Source: Scyliorhinus canicula | Lineage: Eukaryota | Direction of reading: 5' to 3' | DNA: 64,000 bases | Assembly: GCF_902713615.1 (NCBI RefSeq) | Contig: NC_052168.1 | Coordinates: 5,766,001 to 5,830,000 of the forward strand | Part shown: piece by piece, positions 21,951 to 41,062 of the stretch | Layout: every line of letters starts with the position of its first letter | Numbering within the stretch: the stretch's first letter is position 1 | Position numbers and translations under genes: made by a program | Notes under the pieces: model-generated | Seen by the model: the letters and a program-made list of their open reading frames with translations, nothing else | Told to the model about the DNA's origin: nothing | Database searches by the model: none

Positions 21951-24339
21951 AGTAGCGGCTCCCTTACGGCAGCCAGTACTCCTGACGGGGGAGAGCTGCG
22001 GCACGTGGCGACTGTATTTCAGACTTTGAGAAGGTCCTGGTACAAGACGGGCAGCGCCAACAAAGTGTTCTGAAGACCCTGCTGGTCAAAGAACAGGAGC
22101 TGCACGTCGTAGTTCAGGCCGTGCATCTGGCGGAAGAAATACGTCGCCAGGGCACACCATCGTGGAGGAGGCTCAACATACAGGTATCGCTGCAGAGCCA
22201 GGAGCAGTGAAGCTTTACAATATTCAAACAATCAGGTCATCTGGAGGGAATTTTCTCACCAACTACTGGACAGGGAAATGGAATTATGGGAATGGGAGGG
22301 GGGGAACATCACTGAATCCAATGTCACCCACAGACACGTCTCCATTTACTGTGTTTGGGGACAGGCTGGATGGAGCAGCTGGTCTATTCCTGCCCTTCAA
22401 TGTTGTATATTGGATGAGTCCCTTTATGGTCAACATCAATGTGGCTGAAGATTATTTGAATCTGAATGAAATGATAGTCAGATGTTCTTTAACTCAGCAT
22501 AGATTCAGAAAACATAGACGGAGGCCATTCAACCACTGGGACCGGTGTCATCTCTTTCAAACAACTTACCAATTGGTCCACCTCCTAAACGTTCCCGATA
22601 ACCCCGTAAATTTATTTCCTTTTCATGTAAATATCCATTTCCTTCCTCAAAGTTATTATTGAATCTGCTTCCACCGTCCTTTCAGACAGTGAATTCCAGA
22701 TCATAACTAATCAGTGTCACAATATGATTCTCCACATTTCTCTCTCTCTGATCTCTCCCATCATGCTCCTATTTCTCCGAGTTCCTTTGTGTTCCCATCT
22801 GGTTTCTCTACAGAAGTGGGTCAATCCTGGATTTGTTGGTGGGATGTGTTTCCTTGCATTAAAACTCTGGTTTCGATGGGTCGGATGGAGGTGGCAGTGA
22901 TTCACATCCAGAGTAGTCAGTCAGTCACACGTCTCTGGGGAGAGATGCCATTGATGGGCAATGTTGACCCAGCTGAAGAGAAAATGTACCTGGGTATTTA
23001 CACAGAGTCTGGTCAAAAATAATCCAGGATGCAGTGCATGGCCTGTCCACCCAAGGGGCTTTGTCCAAACTGATGGACATCACCTGCTCACTCAATAGCC
23101 ACCCAAAAGACACCAGAGATTTGGTGAAGGTGTGGTTCCCAGTTCCAAGGGAACTATTGATTGAACCTTTCTGCAGGGAATGCTTTGAATTCAGTATCAC
23201 AAGCTGTAGGAAGTAGTATTGATGATGGATATGAAAAGCTTAGTGGGGAAAGAATCATCCTTTACCATTTGTGGATCAACCTGGAAACTTAGATGCAGAG
23301 ATATTGATAGGACTGTGATTCTAATAATTGGAGTCTCTAGTTTCATTGTCTTCACTGCAGTTCCCAACTAAGATCCCAAAGTTTTACTACTGAACAGCGT
23401 TGTAGCAAAGCTTTAATTTTCCAAGTTTGAAGCATAATTGAGATCCCATAGAATTTGGAAAAGGATGATTTATATTTGGTATGAATGTGCCAAGATTAAA
23501 TATATTTACCTGTATCAATTGATGCTGCAGTGTTTCATGTGAAATATTTATAAATGGACAACTTACAAACTAAAACATTTTGCTCAATTACTGTTTAAAA
23601 AGGAGTCTCGAGCCCAATTTTCCCATAATCAAAATTCAATCTTCTCCCAGCAGTGAATCAACACTTTCCCTCCAAGAGGCTGATGGCAAGTGTGACATTC
23701 CAGGCAGTATTCCCAACTACCCAGTTGTAATTCCCTTTTTACACAGAGGTCAGTTCCAACTTGGTTCTCTGCTCAAGAAGCAGATCCAGAAAAGGTTACA
23801 GCTACAGGACAGGGGGTACAACCAGTGATCCCTCCCAGTCTTCCTTGGACTGAAATGCTGGAACACATACACACAGGAAAGTATTCATGCATTTCAGCAG
23901 CTAATGGCTGGAAAGATGGAGCCACCATTGGTGCAACACTCGGAATAAGCATCACCAACAGTTCCCCCATTTGGGCAGCTCGGCTCAGCTCTGACCGTGC
24001 TCACATTCTCTCTACCCTCCCAAAAACCAAAAAAGTATTCGACAGTGAGTGCAGCAGGAGGCAATGAAGAATGTGCAAGCTGCGCACAGACAGTTGCCCC
24101 CAAGGCCATAATTGAACCAGGTCCCCCAGACAGCAGTGTAACCACTGTGCTCACACAATCAATGCACAATGTTAAAAGCAGGTATTGAGTCAGCAAAATT
24201 CACTCCATTATGAAGCATTTATTTATAGTTTGTACATTTGCACAGTGGAACCCTGCTTCAACATCATAAACTGGCAGGTCCAAAGGTCTCAGTTATACAA
24301 ATGTGGAGGACACAATAAGCTTCTCCCCCCACTGTCAGT

Positions 24340-27217
<2,878 letters not shown>

Positions 27218-27249
27218 CTTCACTGCTACTATCACCTAGAGAGTTCTAG

Positions 27250-27485
27250 AACTGACCCTGCCCAACACAAGCTCTTGTATTTATACAACTGGGACATCCT
27301 GCAATCAAACAGGGAATGACATCACCAATGATGATTGACAATTCCTGATAGCCAATCAGGAATCGACCATTAGTCCGGGCACCAATTAAATGAGAGGGGG
27401 CGTGGGGAGGATTGAGACCCAGAGCCAATCAGAGCTTTGGAATCCAGACCAGGTTTGGGAGATTCAGCTTAATGATGTCAGTGCT
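27250..27485 (-). promoter_or_regulatory. Core promoter of copy 4
   Basis: TATAAA 27280-27285, Inr 27250-27255, TGACATCA and CCAAT boxes as in the other copies. Confidence 0.83.
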
Positions 27486-27601
27486 TTTCTCTTCCAATGT
27501 GAAAATGTTCCATTGCTTAACAATCTCATTTGAATTAAATGACAATTTGTTCCTTTTGCTGAAATAATCTGGACAAGTTTGTTATTTGTCAGGAACGGTG
27601 A

Positions 27602-27789
27602 GGCTCCGTCCGTGCCTGGTGGGCACTGCAGGGGTTGGGGTGCTTTACTGACCCCTCTAATTGCTCTCATTTGCTGTTTTTAAGTTTCTGTTGATCTTTG
27701 TTACGCTCGGGCAGTGCCTCTATCAGGAGCGGCCATTTTTGTTATATCCCTAAGTTTTTTCTTATATTTGGTTGACCTAAAAAAGAGTT
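27602..27789 (+). mobile_element. Tx1-like LINE extreme 3' fragment
   Basis: CCGTGCCTGGTGGGCACTGCAGGGGTTGG matches the Tx1 ORF2 end at ~20280-20310; A-rich end; direct repeat GGAACRGTGA (27592-27601, 27790-27799). Confidence 0.75.
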
Positions 27790-29558
27790 GGAACAGTGAA
27801 GCTGATACAATATTCGAAGCAATCAGGTCACTTTGCGGGAATTTTCTAACCAACCACTGGACAGGAAATGGAATTGTGGGAATGGGGGGGGAACATCACG
27901 GAATCCAATGTCACCCACGGATACATCTCCATTTACTGTGTTTGGGGACAGGCTGGATGGAGCAGCTGGTCTTTTCCTAGCTCACAAGGCTAAATCGCTG
28001 GCTTATAAAGCAGGCCATCAGCACGGTTCGATTCCCGTACCAGCCTCCCCGGACAGGCGCCGGAATGTGGCGACTAGGGTCTTTTCACAGTAACTTAATT
28101 GAAGCCTACTCGTGACAATAAGCGATTTTCATTCATTTCATTTCATTGTATATTGGATAAGTCCTTTTATGGTCAACTTTCAATGTGGCTGAAGGTTATT
28201 TGAATCTGATTGAAATGATATTCAGATGTTCTTTAACTCAGCATAGATTCATAAAACATAGACGGAGGCCATTCAACCACTGGGACCGGTGTCATCTCTT
28301 TCAAACAACTGACCAATTGGTCCACCTCCTAAACGTTCCCGATAACCCTGTAAATTTATTTCCTTTTCATGTAAATATCCATTTCCTTCCTTCAAAGTTA
28401 TTATTGAATCTGCTTCCTCCGTCCTTTCAGACAGTGAATTCCAGATCATGACTAATCAGTGTCACAATATGATTCTCCACATTTCTCCCTCTCTGATCTC
28501 TCCCATCATGCTCCTATTTCTCCGAGTTCCTTTGTGTTCCCAATTGGTTTCTCTACAGAAGGGGGTCAATCCTGGATTTGTTGGTGGGATGTGTTTCCTT
28601 GCATTAAAACTCTGGTTTGGATGGGTGGGATGGAGGTGGCAGTGATTCACATCCAGAGTAGTCAGTCAGTCACACTGCAGTCACGAGTCTCTGGGGAGAG
28701 ATGCCATTGATGGGCAAAGTTGACCCACCTGAAGAGAAAATGTACCTGGGTATTTACACCGAGTTTGGTCAGAAATAATCCAGGATGCAGTGAATCTCCT
28801 GAGGTCACGAGGGGCTTTGTCCAAACTGATGGACATCACATGATCATTCGATGGCCACCCAAGACTTTGACGAAGGCCTGTGGTTACTGCTTATGAGGGA
28901 GCTGTTGGTTAATTCTTTCAACGGGAAACCTTTTGATTTCAGTATCACAACCTGTGTGGAGTAGGGATGGTGACAGCTATGAAAAGCTCACAGTGGGGAA
29001 AAATCAACCTTGGGTTTTCCTGGAAACTGATGCAAAGATGCTAACATGCTTGTGATCTTCATAAATGAAGACTCTAATATCACTGCAGTTCGCAACTATA
29101 TTCCAACAATTAACAGTTCAAATTCTGATATATGTAGTTGTAGCAACAAAGCTTCAATCATGGGCAGCATGGTGATACAGTGATTAGCACTGCTGCCTCA
29201 ACTCCAGGGACCTATTTCAATTCTGGCCTTGGGTGACTGTCTGTTTAACGTTTGCACTTCCTCCCCATGTCTGCGTGGGTTTCCTCCCACAGTCCAAAGA
29301 TAGGATTTGGCATAAATGTACCAAGATTAAATGTATCTACCTGCATCAATTGATGCTGCAGTTTTATATGCAAATTATTTTAAAATTGACAACATTCACT
29401 CCGTCCGAAGTAAATTTTTTTTGTTGTTTTTAAAATTTAGACTACCAATTAATTTTTTCCAATTACAGGGCAACTTAGCATGGCCAATCCACCTACTGTG
29501 CACATCTTACATTCTGATAGATGTAGTTGTAGCAACAAAACTTCAATCATTCAATCAT

Positions 29559-29852
29559 GGGCGGCATGGTGGTACAGTGGTTGGCACTGCTGCCTCACAG
29601 CTCCAGGGACCGGGGATCAATTCCGGCCTCGGGTCACTGTCTGTGTGGACTCAGTACTTTCTCCCCATGTCTGCGTGGGTTTCCTCCGGGTGCTCCCACA
29701 GTCCAAAGATGTGCAGGTTAGGTGGGTTGGCCGTGCTAAATTGCCCCTTAGTGTCCAAAAGGTTAGGTGGGGTTACTGGGATAGGGTGGAGGCATGGGTG
29801 CTCTTTCTCGATGGGCCTTATGGCCTCCTTCTGTACTGTAAATTCTATGATT
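29559..29852 (+). mobile_element. V-SINE (further partial copies at 29161-29300, 29410-29505)
   Basis: tRNA-like head, V-core, CTGTAAATTCTATG tail. Confidence 0.85.
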
Positions 29853-30224
29853 CATAGGGCTGAAAGAGACCAATAGGATTTGGAAAAGTTGATTCTTATT
29901 TTTTGCGAAATACAATTATTGTCTCTGCAAAACATCTGAGCTTTATATTCAATCGGGAGCGAGGATAGATTTCACCCCCCTTGCCATGGATCTCCCACTT
30001 TCCCTCCATTTAGGTCAGTTAGTAAATATCTAATGTTGATGAACAATGACCTGATTGTCAGCCCCTTGACTATCAACGCTCCAGGAAAGATCCCAGAATC
30101 CATGTGTGCAGGGCTGTCACTTGTTAAAGCTCATCAGAATATAAAAGCTCATTGGAGTGTGCTCCCTTAATGCGTTTTAATTATATCAGTAAAGTGGAAT
30201 ACATTTTGCAGGTTATGTTCTGTT

Positions 30225-30680
30225 CATAGAAAACATAGAAAATTTGGCCCTTCAAGCTCCCTCCACCATTCATTGTGATCACGGCTGATCATCTAACTCA
30301 ATAGCCTAATCCCACCTTCCCCTCCATATCCTTTGATCCCCTTTGCCCCAAGTGCTATAATCGAACTGCTTCTTGAAACCATACAATATTTTGGACACAG
30401 CTACTTCCTGTGGTAATGAATTCCACAGGCTGACCACTCTCTGGGCGAAGAAATTTCTCATCTCTGTCCTAAATGGTCTACCCCATATCCTCAGACTGTG
30501 CCCCCTGGTTCTAGACACACCACCATCAGGAACATCCTTCCTGCATCTACCCTGTCCAGTTCTGTTAGAATTTTATAGGTTTCTATGAGATTCCCCCTCA
30601 TTCTTCTGCACTCCAGCGAATCCAATCCTAACCGACTCAATCTCTCCCCGTACATCAGTCCTGCCTCCCAGGCATCGGTC
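30225..30680 (-). mobile_element. CR1 LINE 3' fragment
   Basis: YGERLSRLGL..LECRRMRGNLIETYKIL, RTRGHSL, FFAQRVVSLWNSLP. Confidence 0.88.
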
Positions 30681-30960
30681 TGAAGTGTCATATATGTTGA
30701 ACTGCAGGAATTGGAATAAGATAAATAAGGCAGAGAGACTGAATGGAACTGGGGCATTTGAGAAATTAATGAGCAGAGCACCCTGCCAACAGATGTTGAC
30801 CCAAGAACAAGAGATATAGAACTTGAATTGGTTAAGGATTCAAAGGAAGCGAGAAAAGATGGATAGAATATGTTTACTTCAGCTTCTATTACAAGAGCAA
30901 AGTGATGGTAATTAAGCCTGGGAGAGAGTGGGCCCAGAAAGTGAGCGATTGAAGTGAAAG

Positions 30961-31286
30961 ATAGAATTTACAGTGCAGAAGGCGGCCATTCAGCCCACCA
31001 AGTCTGCACCAGATCTTGGAAAGAGCACCCTACCCAAGGTTAACACCTCCACCCTATCCCCATAACCCCACCCAACACTAAGGGCAATTTTGGATACTAA
31101 GGGTAATTTATCATGGCCAATCCACCCAACCTGAACATCGTTGGGACTGTGGGAGGAAACCGGAGCACCCGGAGGAAACCCACGCACACACGGGGAGAAC
31201 GTGCAGACTCCGCACAGTGACCCAAGCCGGAATTGAACCTGGGACCCTGGAGCTGTGAAGCGATTGTGCTATCCACAATGCTACCC
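30961..31286 (-). mobile_element. V-SINE (another at ~31569-31835)
   Basis: Same family as 34057-34374, reverse orientation. Confidence 0.88.
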
Positions 31287-32760
31287 CAAATGTGTTTAAT
31301 GGACTACTGAATGGTATATTGGCCTCAGTAAGCAGAGTGAAAGAACTTCCATTTGAGAAGGAACCAGGAGTTTTAAAAAAGATCACTGGCGGTAACAGTT
31401 AAAATAGATATTTACAAATCTTATCTAAAAGGTGTTGAGGAACATATTCGGAGTTGATTGGTTGGAATTGTTTAGTAATGCAGTGTTAAGTTATTGTCTT
31501 CGTGTACTCCTACCCTGTCAGTGACATCAGTCGCCAGATTGCTCAGGATAATTGTACCCTTTCTGGATCATAGAATTTGCAGTGCAAAAGGAGACCATTT
31601 GGCCCATTGAGTCTGCACGGGCCCTTGGAAAGAGCACCCCTACACCCACAACCCCCACCTAAAGTTGGACACTAAGGGCAATTTATCATGGCCTATCCAC
31701 CTAACCTGCACATCTTTGGACTGTGGGAGGAAACCCACGCGGACACATGGACAACATGCAGACGCAGCACAGACAGCGACTCAAGCTGGGACGCTGGAGC
31801 TATGAAGCATCAGTGCTAACCACTGCAGTACCATGCTGGGATTTGAAAAAGTTAGTATTTACCCACCAGCCTTCACATGAAAATGCCCACAATAGCATTG
31901 ATAAATTGACCAGTGGGCAATCTGACAGCGTCAGAGGACAGGGAGAGTCCAGATGTTTTTGTCAAACTGGAAAGAAAGATTTATACTGTTGGTTTGGGGG
32001 GGGGGGGAAAGGAAGAGAAAGAGGCAGGGCAGGGGTCTAAGGCACTGGATAGAGGACCAGCATCAGATGGAGAGAAAAGAACACCTAATCTCTTGCTTAC
32101 CAACAAGTGTCCCCAACCCTGCTAACTCACAGAAGAGGCTCCTTAAACCTACCTCAGGGGCTGGTTTAGCACAGTGAGCTAAACAGCTGGTTTATAATGC
32201 ATAACAAGGCCAGCAGTACAGGTTCAATTCCCATACTGACCACCCCAAACAGGAGTCAGATATGGCCGCTAGGGGTTTTTCCACAGTAACTTCATTGAAG
32301 CCTACTTAAGCGATTATTATTATTACCTCCAACAGCATATGCAGATCTTTGCATTTTCTATCTGGTTAAACATATTGAAATGCACTACTGGGCTAAATCG
32401 CTGGCTTTGAAAGTAGACCAAGGCAGGCCAGCAGCACGGTTCAATTCCCATACCAGCCTCCCCGAACAGGCGTCGGAATGTGGCGACTAGGGGCTTTTCA
32501 CAGTAACTTCATTTGAAGCCGACAGGTGAAAATAAGCAATTTTCATTTCAGAAGGAGGATCACAGGAATTTGGAGTTGACAGTCAATGTGCAATTTATTG
32601 TACTGCAAAACACCAGGAGCTATTATTTTACATCAGCATTGTGAAAACAAACATTTAAACCACAAACAAACTACTCCATTTTGAACAGTTTATTCCTAGT
32701 TGGTACATTTTTTTACAAATGGAGCCTCTACATAGTACTGAACACAACCAGTTTGAAGCC

Positions 32761-34719
<1,959 letters not shown>

Positions 34720-34743
34720 TCAATGTTACTGAGAATGTTCACA

Positions 34744-34885
34744 AACTGACCCTTCCCAACACAAGCTCTTGTATTTATACAACTGGGACATCCTGCATTC
34801 AAACAAGGAATGACATCACCAATGATGATTGACAATCCCCGATAGCCAATCAGGAATCTGACATGAACCAGCACCAATTAACAAA
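34744..34885 (-). promoter_or_regulatory. Core promoter of copy 5 (distal CCAAT displaced)
   Basis: TATAAA 34774-34779, Inr, TGACATCA, three CCAAT boxes; the distal motif CCCAGAGCCAATCAG reappears only at ~35795-35810. Confidence 0.82.
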
Positions 34886-35829
34886 GGGGCTGTGTGGGGG
34901 AGCTGGAGCTGTTTTCGGGGCCTTCCAGTGACCAGGCAGCGGGGGCGGAGCAGGTATCTGCACCACCACCACCTCCCTCTGGCCCGGGACCCCGGGAGGA
35001 GCCTGAGAAGGTCCCGCCTGTCGATGATCCCTGTGGCAGGATCAAGGCAGCCCCTGAGTTGGTTGTTGGGTCCATGTTGCCCGCCGCACTCAGTGTGGTG
35101 GAGGATTCGGGCCTTGAGGGCGACTGTCCCACGACTGTCAGTTGTCCTGTGTCAGGAGTGGAGGGTGCACATGAAATGAAAAATGAAAATGAAAATCGCT
35201 TATTGTCACGAGTAGGCTTCAATGAAGTTACTGTGAAAAGCCCCTAGTCGCCACATTCCGGCGCCTGTCCGGGGAGGCTGGTACAGGAATCGAACCATCG
35301 CCGCTGGCCTGCTTGGTCTGCTGTAAAAGCCAGCGATTTAGCCGAGTGAGCTAAACCAGCTCCCATGATGCTCTCTGCAGTCGTACCCGACACTGTGTCA
35401 CCCCTCACCCCCTCTGGGGGTCTCCCTGAACCTGGCACATCATAATTGGTTCCTTTGTTATTCTGCCTCCATAGATAGTTCAGGCAGTTCCCTAATGGGC
35501 CCCCCTTCACCAACACCCCGACTCCCTCCCTCCCCACCACCCTCCTTTCCCCCCTCTCCCAACCACCCCATCTTCCTTTCCCTTCTGTCGGTACAGGGGC
35601 GAGGGTGCCATTTGTTTTTTGTACAACTGTGTTGTGAACTGTTTTAATAACCAGAATATCCGACCCCCCCTCCCCGTATGTTGGTACTGAGGGGAGGGTA
35701 CCCTGTTTCTCCAATGCAAAATTAGTGTTTGTACCATTTGGCCTTGTATACATTTTTTACTGTTTTAATAAAAAGTTATGGGGTAAGGACAAAACCCAGA
35801 GCCAATCAGCCAATTCAAAAATTATCAGA

Positions 35830-36240
35830 GTGATTATGTCACTCGGAGTTTCAGAAATCCTCTGGTCCGTGATCCATGCCTATGTGACGTGTTATAGGCT
35901 GTACTCCCTTTTTGGTTTTCTGACGACTGTTGTTGAGGTGCTCTTTGAACTTCAGCCCCACACTCCTGACCTACGGGCACCCGGTGGGGAGAGGGGCGGG
36001 CAAGCTGGAGGGCCTCCTCGCGAACCTGCTCCTGGGCCTTGGCGAAACTCGCCATAAACAGGCCCATGCAAAGGGCAGCCAAGGTGGCCGTCAGGCCGGG
36101 CTGTCTGCCCCTTATCCGCGGCCACATTCATGGCCGGATGTCCCTGGAAAGAGAACATGCGATGTCCATGGGCACCATCGAGGCCCACAGTGATCAGTGG
36201 GCACCTCAGGGGTTGGGGTGATTTATTGACCCCCTCAATC
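35830..36240 (+). mobile_element. Tx1-like LINE ORF2 3' fragment
   Basis: FSPTLLTYGHPV, LLANLLLG, AKLAIN, RMSLEREHA, QWAPQG match the 20242-21192 ORF. Confidence 0.8.
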
Positions 36241-36420
36241 TTTGATTTGATTTGATATGATTTATTGTCACAGGTGCCGAAGTACAGTGAAAAGTATTTT
36301 TCTGCGGCCGAGGAACGTACACAGTACGTACATAATAGACACAGGAATAATCAACATTGACAAATGGTACATCGACAAAACAGTGATTGGTTCCAGTGGG
36401 GAACAAGGGGCCAAACAAAG

Positions 36421-36674
36421 TGATGCACCATCGATTGCACGTGAGGCGAGTGATTTACCAAAGTCAGGCTTTAATTAACTAGAACACAGCCTGGCGATCG
36501 TCTACAGTGGAAAGGGACGATCGTCAGGCTTCTGAGCATTTATACCTCGTTGATAGAGGCGTGGTTAACTCAGCCTCTCGGCCAATCGGTCGAGAGGCAC
36601 ATGACCGACCAGGGCCAATGGTAAGCCGACGTTCTGGCCCAATGGCAGACGAGTATGCAGATCATATCATCACA
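36421..36674. mobile_element. Solo LTR (254 bp) nested in a LINE 3' tail
   Basis: TG...CA termini, 5-bp TSD CAAAG. Confidence 0.8.
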
Positions 36675-37554
36675 CAAAGCAAATACATGAGCACTCTCAT
36701 TTGATATTTTTATGTTTCTGTTGAGCTATGTTATGTTGTGCCCCTATCAGGAGTGGCCCTTTCTGCCTTGTCCCTCAGCTTGTTTCCTTTCTTATATTTG
36801 GTTGACCTCAGTAACCAGCTTTCACGAAGCATCTATAATAGATTAATTACCCAATGGTTGAAAGGGAACTGTCTGTGCCAGATTTATGAGAAAACGTGAA
36901 TCAAATTGGATTCTGGGAAGGGAGAAAACAGTCGCTCTTCCCACGGTGCAGGAGGTCTGAGTGTGGTTGATGGTGAGTGTCTTCGCCATGATACCCACTT
37001 GTGAAATGGAAGGCAGGTAATTGGGCAAATGATCCCATTTTAAGCTTATGGTTGATTTTTTTTTTTATTCGTTCATGGCATTGCCGGCTGTGCCCACATA
37101 TATTGCCCATCCCTGAAGGCATTTAAGAGTCAACCACATTGCTGTGGGTCTGGAGTCACATGCAGGCCAGACCGGGTAAGGACGGCAGATTTCCTTCCCT
37201 AAAGGACACGAGTGAACGAGGTGGGTTTTTACGACAATCGACAATGGGCATCATTAGACTTTAAATTCCGATTCTTTTATTGAATTCAAATTTCACCACT
37301 GCAGTGGCGGGATTGGAACCTGGGTCCCGCAAGTATTATTCTGGGTCTCAGGTTTACTAGTCCAGTGACAATACCACTCCACCACCGCCTCCCTATAATG
37401 AAAAATTATGTTCGAGTGCGGCAAAAGACCATATTGAGCTTGTACAGAATGCATTGGAACTGGTCTGCTCTGACACAATCAGTTTCAAAGAATTCAGAAA
37501 AAAAATGAATTGCAGAGACTTTAATTTCACCTCAGCCCATTAATTGAAACCTAG

Positions 37555-38287
37555 GGGGATTCTCTGACCCCCCACCGGGTCGGAGAATCGCCGGGGGGCC
37601 GGCATGAATCCGGCCCCCGCCGTCTCCCGAAGTCTCCGGCACCAGGGATTCGGCGGTGGGCGGGAATCGGTCCGCGCCTGTCGGCGGGCCCGCCCCCCCC
37701 CCCCCCCCCCCGGCGATTCTCCGGCCCGCGATGGGCCGAAGTCCCGCCACTGTCATGCCTCTCCCGCCGACGTGGATCAAACCACCTCCCTTACCGACGG
37801 GACCAGGCGGCGTGGGCGGGCTCCGGGGTCCTGGCCGGGGGGGGGGGGGGGGCGATCTGGCCCCGGGGGATACCCCCACGGTGGCCTGGCCCGCAATCGG
37901 GGCCCACCGATCGGCGGGCGGGCCTGTGCCGTGGGGGCACTCATTTCCTTCCGCGTTGGCCAGAGTCTTCATGATGGCGGACGCGGAAGTGACCCCCTCC
38001 CCTGCGCATGCGCGGTGATGACGCAGCCGCTGACGCTCCGGCGCATGCGCGGACTTCCGGCGGCCGGCGAACTCCCTTCGGCCCCGGCTGGCGTGGCGCC
38101 AAAGGCCATTCCCGTCGGCCGGCAGGGCGCTAACCACTCCGGCGTGGGCCTAGCCCCTCAAGGTTAGGGCTTGGCCCCTAAAGGTGCGGAGACTTCCGCA
38201 CCTTTGGGGAGGCCCGATGCCGGAGTGATTCACACAACTCCATCCCGCCGGGACCCCCCGCCCGCCGGATAGGGGAGAATCCCGCCC
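37555..38287. mobile_element. GC-rich non-autonomous DNA element (MITE-like, possibly PIF/Harbinger)
   Basis: Imperfect terminal inverted repeats GGGGATTCTC / GGAGAATCCCGCCC, internal inverted repeats, TAG/CAG flanks, CpG-rich against an AT-rich background. Confidence 0.65.
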
Positions 38288-38409
38288 CAGGTGTTGAGGT
38301 GGAGAATGGGTAATGTATCTCCCATGAAGCTGCCGTTTGACTCCTCTCCTGGCTGTAAATGAGATTCAGGTCTGATCCCACTCTCCCTTTCTATCGTGAC
38401 TCTCCACAG

Positions 38410-39789
<1,380 letters not shown>

Positions 39790-40790
39790 TCAGTCCTGAA
39801 GGAGAATGATTCCTTCTTAGGCTCTTGATGTGAAGTATAACTGGATAGACCGAGTTTGCATCCTGCAAGGTTGTAGCAACACCCCAATGATGCAATGGTT
39901 CATGGGATTCAAGCCTGTGAAATTCATCGATCCTTCTGACATTGCCATTTATTCTGTAATCAGGACCATGTGATGGTGTAATCTTCATTCTGTAACTTTG
40001 ATTACGATTGGCATTCGCAGCAACAATCACATTCAACTGTCCTGTGCTGAGGCCAGGTGCTGAAGCATAAGAGCAACAACTGCTGAACATAAAGCTTTCC
40101 TGTGGTTTATTATTACCCATATCATGAAAATGAAAATCGCTTATTGTCACAAGTAGGCTTCAAATGAAGTTACTGTGAAAAGCCCCTATCAGAGTAGGAA
40201 TTCAAAACCTTGCATTTATTGCTTGGCCTCCACAGTTCTCAGAACAGCTGGGTGGGAGCAGCAAGAGGACCTACTTTGTTGGGCATTCTGAAGGACGTAT
40301 GACATTAAATTACAACGGAGGTGTTGTGGCAGATGAACAAAGGTTTGGTTAAAGAGGCAGGTGCGTAGAGGAAGGTGACTGAAGAAACAACCACCAGTGG
40401 TGGAGCTGGATGAACACAGGATGGAATTGAAGCGTTCAGATCCTGAAGGATTTGAGGTGATTATAAAGATTTGTGGAGTCCCTGCAGTGCAGAGACGACT
40501 ATTCAGCCCACCAAGTCTGCACCGAGCCTCTGAAAGAGCTCCTACCTTGGCCCATTTCGCTGTAACCCCACCTAACCTTTTGGACATTAAGGGGCAATTT
40601 AGCATGGTCAATCTGCACATCTCTGGATTATGGGAGGAAACGGGTGCACCCGGAGGAAATGCACGCAGATACTGGGAGAACGTGCAAACTCCGCACGGGA
40701 GGGGGGTTAGGCGGATTGGCCATGCTAAATTGCCCCTTAATTGGCAAACAAAATTGGTTGCTCTAAATTAGTTTTTAAAAAGCAGAGTTG

Positions 40791-41062
40791 GGGCAGCACG
40801 GTAGCATTGTGGATAGCACAATTGCTTCACAGCTCCAGGGTCTCAGGTTCAATTCCGACTTGGGTCACTGTCTGTTAGGTGGATTGGCCATGATAAATTG
40901 CCCATAGTGTCCAAAATTGCCCTTAGTGTTGGGTAGCGTTACTGGGCTATGCGGATAGGGTGTAGGTGTTGACCTTGGGTAGGGTGCTCTTTCCAAGAGC
41001 CGGTGTAGACTCAATGGGCCGAATGGCCTCCTTCTGCACTGTAAATTCTATGATCTATGATC
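40791..41062 (+). mobile_element. V-SINE (neighbours at ~40480-40700, 41555-41655)
   Basis: Head and tail match the family; internal deletion. Confidence 0.82.

Larger units (their letters stand above)
19621..22196 (-). mobile_element. Tx1-clade (L1-Tx1) LINE, 5'-truncated, with nested SINE and minisatellite
   Basis: ORF2 C-terminal similarity (LGDLVWRVL, CLFYGPVETVEQVYVVC zinc-knuckle relic, LLLGSAKLAIY, FRARWA); flanked by 14-bp direct repeat GCCAGGAGCAGTGA (19607-19620, 22197-22210). Confidence 0.85.

Noticed and set aside
20809-22073. Two long Pro/His-rich plus-strand ORFs (406 and 394 aa)
   Set aside because: Produced by the stop-free strand of the 55-bp minisatellite, antisense to a Tx1 ORF2; no independent gene evidence.
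37532-38167. 187-201 aa GC-rich ORFs or a CpG-island promoter for copy 6
   Set aside because: Lie within an inverted-repeat-bounded element; low-complexity translation.
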